Assembly (NCBI GenBank): GCA_963833225.1
Contig: CAWHXD010000008.1
Span: 160,001 to 224,000 of the forward strand
Source of the DNA: an uncultured Chloroflexia bacterium
Lineage (GTDB): Bacteria > Chloroflexota > Limnocylindria > Limnocylindrales > CSP1-4
Direction of reading: 5' to 3'
DNA length: 64,000 nucleotides
Position numbers and translations under genes: made by a program. Below are positions 51,079-62,541 of this stretch, piece after piece. Every line of letters begins with the position of its first letter. The first letter of the stretch is position 1. Below the pieces are notes generated by a model. The model was not told the DNA's origin, did no database searches, and saw only the letters and a program-made list of their open reading frames with translations.

Positions 51079-52991
51079 TCAGCCACCGGTCACCCGGATG
51101 ATGACGGTTCCACGGTCGACCTTGTCGCCAGGAATCGCCACGGAGATCATGCTGTCGAGCGCCTCGAGATAGGGCTTGACGTCGGAATCGTAGCGACCGA
51201 GTGCGTCGGAGGGCACGAGGTCCTCGACGGCTCCGCGCACGCCTGTGATGTCGACCCACAGCAGCGAGGCATGCTCCGTGCCGGCCTGGGTCAGGGCCGT
51301 CGAGAAGCGGTCGGTGGTGGCCAGCGAATCGCCGGCCTGGGCATCGAGCACGCCCTTCACGAAGGCCGTGCCGTAGCCGATGACGACGACCTTGTCGGTG
51401 ACCGCATACGCGAGCTTGATGTCGCTGGGAGCCTGGACGGCACCCTCGGACATCGAGTCGACCATGCCGCCCAGTCCCGACAGGTCAATCACGGTGATGG
51501 TCGTGCCCGCGTAGGCCTCGTCGGTGACGGTGACGCCCGACTGGGCGCCGCCGAACTGGACGAACCCCTTGAGCTGGGTCATCAGCCGTTCGGCATCCGT
51601 GGCGTCCTTGGGGGTGACGACCAGACCGCCCGCGATGTCGCTGCCGTCACGGGTGATGGCGACGCCCGCCTCGCCGATCCAGCCGGTGACGGCGTCGAAC
51701 CCGCCGACCATCGCGAGCGCATCGTCGACCTGCTTGACGGCATCGGCCAGGTCCGGCTCGTTGGCGAGCAGCGTCTTGAGCTCGGCCAGCGTGGCGCCGA
51801 CATCGTGGCTCTCGGCGAGGATCACGGTGGTCGGGGGCACGAGACCCGGCAGCGCTGATACACCGCTGGTCTTGGGGCCAAGCGTGTCCACGTGCGGCGA
51901 GCGCGACTCCATGACGAAGGCCCCGTCCTGGGCCCGGATCGTCCCGACGACCCAGGGGGCCGCCCAGTCCTGCATGAAGGCCGGCATCGACGGCATCGCG
52001 TCCCCGGACTGACCGGCGAGCGCCTCGGCGCCCTTGGTGATGGTCTCGAGATCCGCGTAGAAGAACGCGAGGCGGTCGCCGGTGACGGTGGCCGACGCCT
52101 CCTTGAACCGGGCGGTCGTCGCGAGGCCGGACTTGCCGGCCGTGTCCACGACGCTCCGGATCGAGCCGAGGTCGCCGACGGCGAGGACCGGCCCGACGAC
52201 CGCGTAGCCGGCCTCGATGCCAGCCGTGGAGTCACTCGCGCGCCGGCTTGACCGTCGTGATCTCGACGCCGCTGTAGGTCGTGGTTGACAGGGAGGCGCC
52301 GGTTTCGGCCACGATCTGGTCGAGCCAGGCCTTGGCCTTGGTGCCGTCCTTCACGGACAGCAGCACGACGGCGCGGGCGTCCTTGGCGTCGACCTGGGTC
52401 GGCAGCGGGCCGACGCTGACGGCGAGCTGGCCACCGAACCAGGGCTCGATATCCGTCTTCCAGCTCACCTTGCCGTCGCTCGCCTTGTCGGCCAGCTGGT
52501 CGAGGAGCTCGGAGAGCTTGACCGGGAACGCGGCCTGGTCCTCGAAGCCCGGGAAGGCCTTCATGACCTTGGCCAGCTCCGTGGCCTGGTTGCCCGGCAG
52601 GTCGAGGCGCAGCTCCGTGTAGGCCACGCTGTCGGCCGGCGCGTAGGACAGCACCGCCGGGTTGCCGGAGTCGCCGGTCATGAGCAGCGTGGCGCCGGCG
52701 GCGGTTGCCGCGACGAGGAGGGTCACGGCGGCCGCGATCAGCCACCGGGCCTTGCTCCGTCCGGGTCGCGCCGCGGCCCGGGCCGCCCCCACCGGCTCCG
52801 TGGGAATGGCCCCAACGGGTCGCCGGTTCCGTGCCCGCGAAGGGCGTGGACGGTGCCGGCGGCTGGGCCGGCTGGGCCGGCGGCTGGGGCTGGGCCTGCT
52901 GGGCCGGCGGTGCCGCGGGCGGCTGGGCCGGCGGCCCATCCGGTGGTGCCGCGGGCGGCTGATAGGCCTGGGTCGGGTCCTGGTCGGTCAT
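51079..52991 (-). CDS. DUF3352-like membrane-anchored extracellular protein (frameshifts near 52810 and 52150-52240)
   Basis: Pro/Gln-rich N-terminus, a TM helix, and the DUF3352-style motifs 'YAPADSVAY' and 'DIEPWFGGQ', with a second repeat 'WIGEAGV'. Three ORF fragments. Confidence 0.65.
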
Positions 52992-53008
52992 GGCTTGGGT
53001 CCACCCAT

Positions 53009-54343
53009 CTAGCGGCGCCCCATCAGCTGGCTCACGGCGGCACGGCGGCCGCCGCCCCCCGAGAGCTGCTTCATGAGCTTCTGCATCTCGGCAAACTGCT
53101 TGATCAGCCGGTTGACCTCCGGCAGCGAGGTCCCGGATCCGTTCGCGATCCGTCGCCGGCGCGAGGCATTGAGGATTCCGGGGTCACGACGCTCGCGCGG
53201 CGTCATCGACAGGATGATGGCCTCCACCCGCCTGAGGTCGCCCCGGTCGACGGCGTCCTGCGCCTCCTTGGCCATGCCGCCCATGCCGGGGATCATCCCC
53301 ATCAGCTGGCCCATCGGCCCCATCTTCTGCACCTGGCGCATGGAGCCGAGCATGTCCTCGAGCGTGAACGCGCCCTTGCGGACCTGCTCCTCCAGCTTCT
53401 GCGCCTGCTTCTCGTCAAATGCATCCTGGGCGCGCTCCACGAGCGACAGCACGTCACCCATGCCCAGGATCCGGCCGGCCAGGCGGTCCGGGTAGAACAC
53501 CTCGAGCGCATCGGTCTTCTCACCGGTGCCCAGGAACTTGACCGGGATCCCGGTGACGGCACCGATCGACAACGCGGCGCCACCGCGGGCATCACCGTCC
53601 ACCTTGGTCAGGACGAGGCCCGTCACGGGGACGGCGCCCGCGAACCCCTGGGCCACGGTCACGGCCTCCTGGCCGGTCATCGCGTCCACCACCAGGAGCG
53701 TCTCGACGGGGGTCGTGGCGTCCGCGATCTCGCGGATCTCGGCCATCAGCGCATCGTCGATGGTGAGCCGCCCGGCGGTGTCGACGATCACCGTGTCGCG
53801 GCCGATCCGCTTCGCGTGCTCGATGCCCCCGCGGACGATGTCCAGCGTGGGGGTCCCCACCGACGCCCGATAGACCGCGATGCCGAGGCTCTTGCCCAGC
53901 GTCTCCAGCTGGTCCGCCGCGGCGGGCCGGTACGGATCCGCGGCGACCAGGAGCGGCGCGCGACCCTGCTTGACGATGTGCTTCGCCAGCTTGGCCGCTG
54001 ACGTCGTCTTGCCGGAACCCTGGAGGCCGACGAGCACGATCACGGCGGGGTTGCCGTGAACCCTGAACGTCCGGTCGCCGGCCGAGAGCAGCGCCGTGAG
54101 CTCCTCGTGGACGATCTTCACGACCTGCTGGCCGGCCGTCAGGCTGGCCAGGATCTCCGCCCCGATGGCGCGCTCGCGCACGCGCGCCACGAACTCCTTG
54201 ACGACCTTGAAGTTGACGTCCGCCTCGAGCAGCGCGAGCCGGACCTCGCGCATCGCCGCATCCACGTCCGCCTCGGACACGCGGCCACGACCGGTCAACC
54301 CGGCAAGGGTCTTGCGAAGGCGATCGCTGAGGCTGTCGAACAT
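53009..54343 (-). CDS. ffh: Signal recognition particle protein
   Basis: 'MFDSLSDRL', 'ALLEADV', 'GLQGSGKTT', 'DTAGR', 'RILGMGD', M domain 'SRRRRIANGSG'. Confidence 0.97.
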   Translation of the reverse strand: MFDSLSDRLRKTLAGLTGRGRVSEADVDAAMREVRLALLEADVNFKVVKEFVARVRERAIGAEILASLTAGQQVVKIVHEELTALLSAGDRTFRVHGNPAVIVLVGLQGSGKTTSAAKLAKHIVKQGRAPLLVAADPYRPAAADQLETLGKSLGIAVYRASVGTPTLDIVRGGIEHAKRIGRDTVIVDTAGRLTIDDALMAEIREIADATTPVETLLVVDAMTGQEAVTVAQGFAGAVPVTGLVLTKVDGDARGGAALSIGAVTGIPVKFLGTGEKTDALEVFYPDRLAGRILGMGDVLSLVERAQDAFDEKQAQKLEEQVRKGAFTLEDMLGSMRQVQKMGPMGQLMGMIPGMGGMAKEAQDAVDRGDLRRVEAIILSMTPRERRDPGILNASRRRRIANGSGTSLPEVNRLIKQFAEMQKLMKQLSGGGGRRAAVSQLMGRR

Positions 54344-54517
54344 GGGTGGACGGCGACCCTGTGACTGTCGGTGGGGCAGGAGGCCGCGCGGCAGACGCCG
54401 GACGGTTGGTGCGCGGGTTCTGGCGACACCGAGGCGTGGGGAGTGTACGCCACGGAGGGCCATTGCGCCCCCCGGACGATCGTCCCCGGGCCAGATCCGG
54501 GCGTGTACCCTCCCGCG

Positions 54518-55837
54518 GTGACCGCGGACCCCCAGCTCGATCCGACACCACCCACGCACGATGCCGTGCCGTCCCGGCGCCTGCGTGCGAACCGGGCGTT
54601 CCTGTCCCTGTGGACCGCCGCGACGGTCTCGGTGTTCGGGTCGTTCGTGACCCGGATCGCCCTCCCGTTCGTCGCCATCGAGACGCTCCGGGCGGGCCCC
54701 ATCGAGGTCTCCATCCTGCGCTCCGTGGAGCTCGTGGCGGCCCTGCTGTTCGGGTTCGTCGCCGGGGCGTGGGTGGACCGGCTGCGGCGACGCCCGGTCA
54801 TGATCTGGGCCGACCTCGGGCGGGCGGTCGTGCTGGGATCCGTCCCGGTCGCCGCGATCGGCGGCTGGTTGTCGCTGCCGCAGGTGTTCGCCGTCGCGGC
54901 CATCGCCGCCGTCCTGACCACGTTCTTCGATGTCGCGGATCGCGCCTACCTGCCCACGATCGTCGACCGGGCAGATCTCGTCCGGGCGAACGGCGCGCTC
55001 ACGGCGACATCGGCGGCGGTGGAGTTCGTGGGGTTCGGCGTCGCGGGCTTCCTGGTCAAGCTGCTGACGGCGCCCATCGCGATCGCGATCGATGCGGTCA
55101 CCTTCGTGGTGTCGGCCGGCCTCCTGGGCACGATCCGCCGGCCGGAGCCGCCCCCGCCGCCGGCCGCCGACCGCGAGCCGATCGCGCGCGAGATCCGGGC
55201 CGGCCTTGCCGTCGTCGCGAGCGACCCGGTGCTGCGCGGCCTGCTGTGGGGAACGATGGGCCTGGCCGCGATGTGGGGCGTGTTCGGGGCCGTCTGGCTG
55301 CTGTTTGCCACGCGGACCCTTGGCCTCGACGCCGGCGTGATCGGGGTCGTGGCCGCGCTCGGTGGGTTTGGATCGCTCATGGGCGCCCTGCTGGCGGAGC
55401 GGACGGCGGGACGCTACGGCCTGGGGCGGCTGGTCGTCGTCTCGCTCCTGTTCGCGGCCCTCGGGAACCTGCTGATCCCGCTGGCCCCCGAGGGAGCGCC
55501 GCTGATCGCGGTCGCGTTCCTGGTAGGTCAGCAGCTGATCGGCGACACGGCCGTCACGATGTTCGACGTGACCGAGGTCTCCGTGCGCCAGGCGCGCGTC
55601 GACGATCGTTCGCTGGGGCGGGTCAACGCGACGGTGCGGGTGATGATGGTCCTCGCCCAGCTCGGCGGCACGGTGGCCGGCGGGCTGATCGCGGAGATCG
55701 CCGGGTTGCGGATCGCGGCGTTCATCGCGCCGGTGTTCGCGCTGGTGGGCGCGGTGGGTCTCTACGCGTCCCCGGTGTGGACGCTGGGCAAGGATGCCCG
55801 CGGTCCACGCGGTGCGGAGGACGCGCCGCGCTCCTAG
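54518..55837 (+). CDS. MFS transporter (DHA3/MFS_3-like)
   Basis: 'FLSLWTAATVSVFGS', 'GAWVDRLRRRPVMIWADLGRA', 'RQARV...LGRVNA'; about 12 hydrophobic segments. Confidence 0.9.
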   Translation: MTADPQLDPTPPTHDAVPSRRLRANRAFLSLWTAATVSVFGSFVTRIALPFVAIETLRAGPIEVSILRSVELVAALLFGFVAGAWVDRLRRRPVMIWADLGRAVVLGSVPVAAIGGWLSLPQVFAVAAIAAVLTTFFDVADRAYLPTIVDRADLVRANGALTATSAAVEFVGFGVAGFLVKLLTAPIAIAIDAVTFVVSAGLLGTIRRPEPPPPPAADREPIAREIRAGLAVVASDPVLRGLLWGTMGLAAMWGVFGAVWLLFATRTLGLDAGVIGVVAALGGFGSLMGALLAERTAGRYGLGRLVVVSLLFAALGNLLIPLAPEGAPLIAVAFLVGQQLIGDTAVTMFDVTEVSVRQARVDDRSLGRVNATVRVMMVLAQLGGTVAGGLIAEIAGLRIAAFIAPVFALVGAVGLYASPVWTLGKDARGPRGAEDAPRS

Positions 55838-56925
55838 TCGAACAGGGCGGTGACGAAGCGCTCGGGATCGAACGGGAGCAGGTCGTCGACCTTCTCCCCC
55901 ACCCCGACGAACCGGACCGGGACCCCGACCTCCTTCTCGATCGCGAACACGATGCCGCCCTTGGCCGTCGAGTCGAGCTTGGTGAGGATCACGCCGGTCA
56001 GGCCGACCGCCGCGTGAAATGCCTTGGCCTGGGCGAGCCCGTTCTGGCCGGTGGTGGCATCGAGGACGAAGAAGGTCTCGACCCGCGCGCCCGGGATCCG
56101 CTTGTCGATGACCCGGCGAACCTTCGAGAGCTCCTCCATCAGGTTGGACTTGGTGTGGAGCCGGCCGGCCGTATCGGCGATGAGGATGTCGGCGCGCCGG
56201 GCGATCGCCGCGTCGAGGGCATCGAACACGACGGCCGCCGGGTCGGCATTGGGCGCATGGGCCACGATCTCGCTGCCCGTTCGCTCGGCCCAGATCCGGA
56301 GCTGGTCGATGGCCGCGGCCCGGAACGTGTCCGCTGCCGCGAGCACCACGCGCCGGTTGCCGGCCCGCTCCCGGGCGGCGAGCTTGCCGATGGTCGTCGT
56401 CTTGCCGGTCCCGTTGACGCCCACCACGAGGACGATCGCGGGTGCGCCCTCGGCCGCAGGCCGTGGCTCCCAGTGGGCGGCATCGCGCGGGGCGAGCAGG
56501 GCGACGAGCTCCTCGCGGACGGCCGCCTCGGCGGTCACGTCCCGCCGCTTGCGGGCGCGCTCCACGAGGTCCATCGCCAGCAGGGCGCCGACATCGCCCG
56601 TGATCAGCGTCTCCTCGATCTCGTCCCAGTCGGCATCCCCACCGGCCCCGAAGGCGCTCCGGAGCCGGGCACCGAACCCGACGCGCGACTTCTCGAGCCC
56701 GGACTCGAGCGCTTCCCGCTCCCGCTCGAGGCGTGCGGCGTCGGCCTTCTCCGGGCTGTAGTCGGCTCCCCACGCCCATGCCGGCTCGGAGGGCTCGGGA
56801 GTTGGGGTTGGGGTCGGGGTCGGGGTCGGCTGGGCGGCATCACCCGTGGGCTCGGGAACCGCGTCGGGCGGCGTCTCCCGCGGCTCGTCCTGCGGCCCTG
56901 GGTCGCCACGACGGATGAAGCGCAC
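55834..56925 (-). CDS. ftsY: SRP receptor FtsY
   Basis: '[15 protein letters not shown]', 'DTFRAAA', 'DTAGRLH', '[10 protein letters not shown]'. GTG 56925 with a GGAGGT RBS. Confidence 0.96.
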   Translation of the reverse strand: MRFIRRGDPGPQDEPRETPPDAVPEPTGDAAQPTPTPTPTPTPEPSEPAWAWGADYSPEKADAARLEREREALESGLEKSRVGFGARLRSAFGAGGDADWDEIEETLITGDVGALLAMDLVERARKRRDVTAEAAVREELVALLAPRDAAHWEPRPAAEGAPAIVLVVGVNGTGKTTTIGKLAARERAGNRRVVLAAADTFRAAAIDQLRIWAERTGSEIVAHAPNADPAAVVFDALDAAIARRADILIADTAGRLHTKSNLMEELSKVRRVIDKRIPGARVETFFVLDATTGQNGLAQAKAFHAAVGLTGVILTKLDSTAKGGIVFAIEKEVGVPVRFVGVGEKVDDLLPFDPERFVTALFD

Positions 56926-56941
56926 GAACCGGACCTCCGCG

Positions 56942-59900
56942 TCAGCCGGCCACGGCGCCACCGGGAACCGCGTGGGTCCCGGGGCGAGCGTGCTCGGCGA
57001 TGGCCGTTGCCTCTTCCAGGCGCAGGCTGATCACGCGGCTCACCGAATCGTCGCCGACGGTGATGCCATAGAGGGCATCTGCCGACTCGATCGTCCCGCG
57101 GTTGTGGGTGATGACGATGAACTGGGTCGCCGCCGCGAGCTCCCGGAGGGCGTCCGTGAACCGGCCCACATTGGCCTCGTCGAGCGCGGCGTCCACCTCG
57201 TCGAGCACGCAGAACGGCGTCGGGCGCACCTCGAGCATGGCAAACAGCAGCGCGACGGCGGTCAGCGTCCGCTCGCCGCCCGAGAGCATGTTCAGCGCCT
57301 GCGGCTTCTTGCCGGGAGGACGGGCCGTGATCTCGATGCCGGTCGCCGCGAGATCGGTGGGGTCGGTCGAGCTGGAGCCTCGCGAACCCACCGCCGAACA
57401 GCTGCTGGAAGCGGCGGTCGAAGGCGACCTCGAGCGCCGCAAACGTCGTCCGGAACTGGGTCGCGATCAGGACGTCCAGGTCGGCGATCAGGGCGCGCGT
57501 CCTGCTGATCGCCTCGCGCAGGTCCTTGTCCTGCGCGTCGAGCGTCTTCGAGGCGTTCGCGGACCGCACGGTACTCGTCGACCGCGAACGGGTTTGCCGC
57601 GCCGAGCTCGTGGAACCGGCGACGGAGCGTGGCGAGCCGTCCGGGTGACGGCATCTCGCCGTCGGGGGCCCCGTCCGCCCAGCGGGGCGCCAGCAGGTCC
57701 AGCGCGGCCTCGAGCGCGCCCGTTTCGCCGGTGCTCTCGGTGTCTGCGTCCGCCTCGGCCGCCTCCTGCGGGCTGAGCTCGACGATCGTCTGGCCCGTAG
57801 CCTCGGCGAGGTGGCGCAACCCGACCTCGCCCAGGCCGGCAAGCTCCACCAGCAGCTGCTCGCGAAGGGAGTCGAGGTTCAGGCGAGCCTCGAGCGAGGC
57901 GACATCCGACGCCCGGGCCTGGTCGTCGGCCGCGCGCAGGCGCTCTCGCGCCGCGGTGGCCGCACGCTCGGACTCCGCGAGCCGGGTCCGCTCGACGCGA
58001 TCGTCCGAGAGGAGCGCCTCGAGCGCGTCGCGTGCCTGGCCCTCGCGAGCAGCGGCGGCAGCGAGCTCGCCGGCGACGACGTCGCGCTCTTCGCCCGCCG
58101 CCCGCTCCCGGTCCGCGAGCGCGGCGAGGTCGCGCTCGACCGAGGCGATCCGGGCCTCCGCGAGCGCAATCGCTGCCTCCGCACGCGCTCTTCGTCCGTC
58201 CACGTCCCGGCGGGCTCGATCGTGCTCCGCGACATCGGCGGCGAGCCGGTCACGGCGGGTCCGGATCTCGCCGACGCGTGACTCCCAGGCGCTGATCCCC
58301 TCCTGCGCGGGCGTCACCGCCTCGCCGGCCGCGGCCTCGGACGGGGGCCGGGTCTCGAGCACCTGGAGTGCCGCGGCGGCCCGGTCGGCCTCGGCCGTCA
58401 GGCGCTCCACCTGGGTGGCGTGCCAGGCGGCCTCGCGGGCCGCCGCCTCCAGGTTCCGGCCGGCCGATCGTTCCATGTCCTCGGCCCGGCGGCGCCGCGA
58501 CACGGCGGCCAATTCGACCGTTCGAGCCGCGTCGAGGGCGGCGCGGGCGTCGGCGGCGGCCGTCGTGGCGGCCGTCGAGCTCGACCTCGGCCGCCCCCGC
58601 CTCATCCGCCAGGGAGACCGCATCGCGCGCGAGCCTGTCAACCTCGGCCCGCCGCTCGAGTGGCGAGTCGCCACGCCCGATCCGGACGGTCAGCGCGTCC
58701 ACGACGGCGCTCCCGTCACGGGTCACGGCGATCCAGCCGAGGGGCAGCGCCGCCTGGATGTCGAGGGCCGCCGCGAGATCCGGCGTCCACACGGCCCGCG
58801 CCAGGAGGGCTCGGACGACACCGGCGGGATCGCGTCGAAGCGCATCGGCAAGCCGCCCGCCGCCCGCCGTCGCCAGGAGGTCCTCGAGGCGCCGGACCTC
58901 GGCGGCCGTGCCGCCACCGGGCACCTTCGCCGCCGCGTCGAGCCGCTCGCGCACCACGAGGTGGCCTCGCTCCCCCGACAGCGCCTCCGTGCCGCTGCGC
59001 TCGACGATGTACGCGCGGGCGAGCTCGCCGAGGGCCGCCTCCACGGCCGGCCGGAGCGACGGCTCGATCCCGAGGTCCTCGTCGACCCGCGTTCCGCCGA
59101 GCTTGCGTGCCGCCCGGGCGATGCCGCGCTCCTCGTCCTCCGCAAGACGGCGCTCGAGCTGTTCGAGTCGCGCACGGGCGCCGGCGATCATCGAGCCGGC
59201 TCTCGCCGCGCGCTCGCCGGCCGCTCGGCGTGTCCCCTCGGCGGCATCCGCGGCGGTCCGAGCCGCCTCGCGCACCTCGACCGCGTGCGCCTCGTCGGCT
59301 GCCGCCGCGGCCAGCGCCGTGCGGGCCTCGGACAGCGTCGAATCGAGCTGCGACCGGCGTGCCTCGGATTCCAGCGGCCTTCGCCCGCTCGTCGGCCGCG
59401 CGGCGGTCCGCCTCGGCGCGCCGCCTGCGCGCCGTCTCCGCCTCGGCGGCGTGAACCGCCTCGGCGCGCCGGGCCGCTGCCAGCTCGTCGCCGCGCGCCC
59501 GGGAGGCGGCCCGCAGCGAGCCGAGCTCCGCCAGCGCCTCGGCCAGGGCGCGGTCCGCGTCGCCGAGCGCCGCCTCGAGCTCCAGGTCCCGCTCCGGGAC
59601 GGGTTCGGCCAGGACGCGCCGCTGGAGTGCAAGCTCGGCCTCCGACGCCGCCCGCTCCCCCGCGATGCGGGCACGATCTCGTCCCGCGGCGGCGATCTCG
59701 CCGGCGGCGCGGGCTTCGCGGAGACCCAGCGCGGTCAGCGTCCGCCCGGGCGGCCTCATGCCTGGCCCGGCCCTCGCGCTCGAGCTCGGCGCGCGCCGCC
59801 ATGGAGGCCGCGATGGCGGCGACGGAGCGTCTCGGCGCTCTCGAGCGCCTCCAGCGCCCGGTCGGTCTCCAGCCGCAGCGCGTCGCGCCTGCGGTCCGCC

Positions 59901-60634
59901 TCGGCAGCTCGTCTGGCTGCCTCGTGCCACCGGCCGTGCGCGGCGGCGATCAGCGACGCCGCCAGCTCCTCACCGGCGGTGAGACGCGTCGCCTGCTGCT
60001 CGGCGAGCTGCCCGAGGCGGCGCGCCTGGGGTCGCAGCTCGGCCAGGATGTCCTCGATCCGGGCGAGGTTCGCCTCCGCCTCGGCCAGCTGGCCCTCCGC
60101 CTTGCGGCGCCGCCGCTCGTGGCGGCGTACGCCGGCGACCTCCTCGAACAGCGGTCGCCGCTCCTCGGGCCGCAGCGCAAGCGCCTGGTCCACCATGCCC
60201 TGCCCGATGAACAGGAACGCGTTCTCGGCGAGGTTCGCGGAATCGAGCAGGTCGGAGGTCGCGGAGCCGCACCCGCTGGCGGTTGAGCAGGTAGTCGTTC
60301 TCGCCCGATCGATAGAGGCGGCGGCCAAGCTCCACCACCGGGTACTCGACCGGCAGCAGCGCATCCCCGTTGTCGATGACCAGGGTGACGTCCGCCATGC
60401 CCGGGCAGCCCGCCGCTCCGAGCCCGCCCAGATGACGTCCTCGCTCTTGCGGATCCGCAGCGATCGGCCCTGCTCGCCCATCGCCCAGCGCAGCGCGTCG
60501 GCGAGGTTCGACTTGCCCGAGCCGTTGGGCCCGACGATGGCGCTGATCCCCGGCCCGAACTCCACGACGGTCCGCTCGGCGAACGACTTGAACCCCTGGA
60601 CGCGAAGGCCAAGGAGCCGGGCGGGTGCGCTCAC
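56942..60634 (-). CDS. smc: Chromosome segregation protein SMC (multiple frameshifts)
   Basis: N-terminal '[15 protein letters not shown]', coiled coils and hinge, C-terminal '[21 protein letters not shown]'. Position rnc-smc-ftsY. Confidence 0.92.
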
Positions 60635-61497
60635 GAAGTCGCCGGGCGGGCGGCGCCGCTCGTCGTCGCCCTGCGTCGTCTCCGTCCTCGCCGGCGGCGA
60701 ACCGATGCCTCGAGGGCCGGTTCCACGGCGTCAAGCGACTCCCCGACAGCCTCGGCCGCGAGAGCCTCGGTGGCGGCGTGCCCGCGGGCCTGGCGCGCGG
60801 CGGCTCGTTCCCTGCGCAGCACCTCGAGCGCCCCGGCGGCCGCGGATGTCTCGGCGACCCGCCGGGACGGGCCCTCGCCGGTCCCCAGGACGCGGCCATT
60901 CACGATGACCTCGATCCGGAACTGCTTCTCGTGGTCGGGGCCTACGGCCTCGAGCAGGCGGTACAGCGGCCGCTCCCCCGTCGTCCGCTGGGTGTGCTCC
61001 TGGAGCCGGCTCTTGGGGCTCTTGAGCGTCGTCAGCGCCGTGTCGGCCGACAGCTCATCGGCCGCCCACCCGAGGATCCAGTCGCGGGCGGCATCCCACC
61101 CGAGGTCGAGGTAGATGGCGCCCACGAGCGCCTCGAACGCGGAGGCGAGCAGGGACGGCCTGACGCGTCCGCCGCGCTGCGCCTCGCCCTCGCCGAGGAG
61201 CAGGAACGAGCCCAGGCCAAGGCGGGCGGCCAGCCCGGCGAGCCCCGGGGTGCTGACGATCGCCGCCCGACGCGCGGACAGGACGCCCTCGTCGTCGGCG
61301 GGATGGCGCAGGTAGAGCGCCTCGGACACGGCGAGGCTGACCACCGCGTCACCAAGGAACTCCAGCCGCTCGTTGTGCCCCCGAGCGAGGTCGGGGTGCT
61401 CATGGAGCCAGCTGCTGTGCACGAGCGCCTGCGCAAGCAGGTCGCGATCGCGGATGGGGAGCCCGAGGCGCTCCGTCAGCGCGTCGGCCGGGTGCAT
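60631..61497 (-). CDS. rnc: Ribonuclease III
   Basis: 'NERLEFLGDAV', 'FEALVGAIYLD', dsRBD 'PKSRLQE..GPDH'. Confidence 0.97.
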   Translation of the reverse strand: MHPADALTERLGLPIRDRDLLAQALVHSSWLHEHPDLARGHNERLEFLGDAVVSLAVSEALYLRHPADDEGVLSARRAAIVSTPGLAGLAARLGLGSFLLLGEGEAQRGGRVRPSLLASAFEALVGAIYLDLGWDAARDWILGWAADELSADTALTTLKSPKSRLQEHTQRTTGERPLYRLLEAVGPDHEKQFRIEVIVNGRVLGTGEGPSRRVAETSAAAGALEVLRRERAAARQARGHAATEALAAEAVGESLDAVEPALEASVRRRRGRRRRRATTSGAARPATS

Positions 61498-61516
61498 GCC
61501 GCCCCGGGGCTGGCCG

Positions 61517-61753
61517 CTAGGAGCTGCGCTCGTCGATGTATTCGACGGCGTCCTGGACGGTCCGGATCTTCTCGGCGTCCTCGTCGGAAATCTCCGTCCC
61601 GAACTCCTCCTCGAGGCTCATGATGAGCTCGACCAGGTCCAGGGAGTCAGCGTTGAGGTCGTCGACGAAGGAGGCCTCGGGCGTGACCTCGGCCTCGTCC
61701 ACGCCCAGCTGCTCGATGACGATCTTCTGAAGCCGGTCGTACGTGCTGGCCAC
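61517..61753 (-). CDS. acpP: Acyl carrier protein
   Basis: '[21 protein letters not shown]'. GTG 61753 with a GAGGAGG RBS. Confidence 0.96.
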   Translation of the reverse strand: MASTYDRLQKIVIEQLGVDEAEVTPEASFVDDLNADSLDLVELIMSLEEEFGTEISDEDAEKIRTVQDAVEYIDERSS

Positions 61754-61763
61754 AGAGCCCTCC

Positions 61764-62246
61764 TCAGGTCGGGGTCTCCCGACGGGTTCCATTCTGGTCC
61801 CGGGCCACACGCCCGAGCACGCCATTCATGAGCCGTCGCATCGGATCACCCGAATACGTTCGGGCTAGCTCGACCCACTCGGCGATTGCCACCCGGGCCG
61901 GCGTCGCCGGGGAGTGTAGCACCTCGCACAGGGCGCAACGCAGCAGGGAGCGGTCCATGCGAGCGAGCGAAACGACCGGGTACTGGGGCGCGGCGGACGT
62001 GATCTGGATGTCCAGCGATTCGCGGTGGCGGACGACGTTCGCGGTCAGCTCCCGTGCGTAGGCCGCCGTCGCCTCGTCCGCCTCCACCGCCAGGTGGCGC
62101 TCGAGGATCGCGTCCGCGGTGCGCTGGCCGAACTCGGCCTCGAACACGGCGGCGAGCGCCAGGCGACGGGCCGCCCGCCGGCTCCGGGCCCGATCGTCGC
62201 TGACACGATCTCGCCGGTGACGGGTGAGGTCAGACCCCGACGCCAT
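61764..62246 (-). CDS. nusB: Transcription antitermination factor NusB
   Basis: '[10 protein letters not shown]', '[10 protein letters not shown]', '[13 protein letters not shown]', 'MNGVLG'. Start uncertain. Confidence 0.88.
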   Translation of the reverse strand: MASGSDLTRHRRDRVSDDRARSRRAARRLALAAVFEAEFGQRTADAILERHLAVEADEATAAYARELTANVVRHRESLDIQITSAAPQYPVVSLARMDRSLLRCALCEVLHSPATPARVAIAEWVELARTYSGDPMRRLMNGVLGRVARDQNGTRRETPT

Positions 62247-62541
62247 CAACCACGACGGTGACGGCGCCGAGCTCGAGCGCGAGGAGGCGCACCATGGCAC
62301 CGCCCACCGCCTCGCGGACCTGCGCGGTGAGGGGGACGAGCTGCTGGCGGGGCCGGGCCACGAGGCGGACCGTGACATGGACCAGGCCCTCGCGGATGCG
62401 GATCCGGACCGGCGCGCCGCCGATCGCGTCACGCCAGCGGGGGCCGCCGCGGCCGACGCGCAGCACGCCGGGCACCTCCAGGGCGGCCAGGCGCACGGTC
62501 TCCCGGATCACTCCGGGTCCGACGATCAAGGATGACGTCAC
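62230..62541 (-). CDS. Asp23/Gls24 family protein
   Basis: 'LAALEVPGV', 'QVREAV', 'VTVVVDGV'. Adjacent to nusB, like yqhY-nusB. Confidence 0.8.
   Translation of the reverse strand: MTSSLIVGPGVIRETVRLAALEVPGVLRVGRGGPRWRDAIGGAPVRIRIREGLVHVTVRLVARPRQQLVPLTAQVREAVGGAMVRLLALELGAVTVVVDGVGV

Noticed and set aside
54344-54517. Possible SRP RNA (ffs) next to ffh
   Set aside because: The conserved CAGG-x-GGAA-x-AGCAG domain IV motif is not visible on either strand. The region looks like divergent promoters.
53009-56779. 1256-aa ORF ending in Ffh
   Set aside because: The upstream part is an off-frame/antisense read-through of ftsY and the MFS gene in stop-poor GC-rich DNA. The real ffh starts at 54343.
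1094-60634. Many apparent pseudogenes or programmed frameshifts (TPP enzyme, murC, ftsK, udg, haloperoxidase, CRTAC1, xylA, xylB, ribF, truB, ispG, DUF3352, smc)
   Set aside because: Small indels hit core genes while motifs stay intact and I saw no in-frame stops or slippery sites. This fits long-read consensus error; read polishing would confirm.
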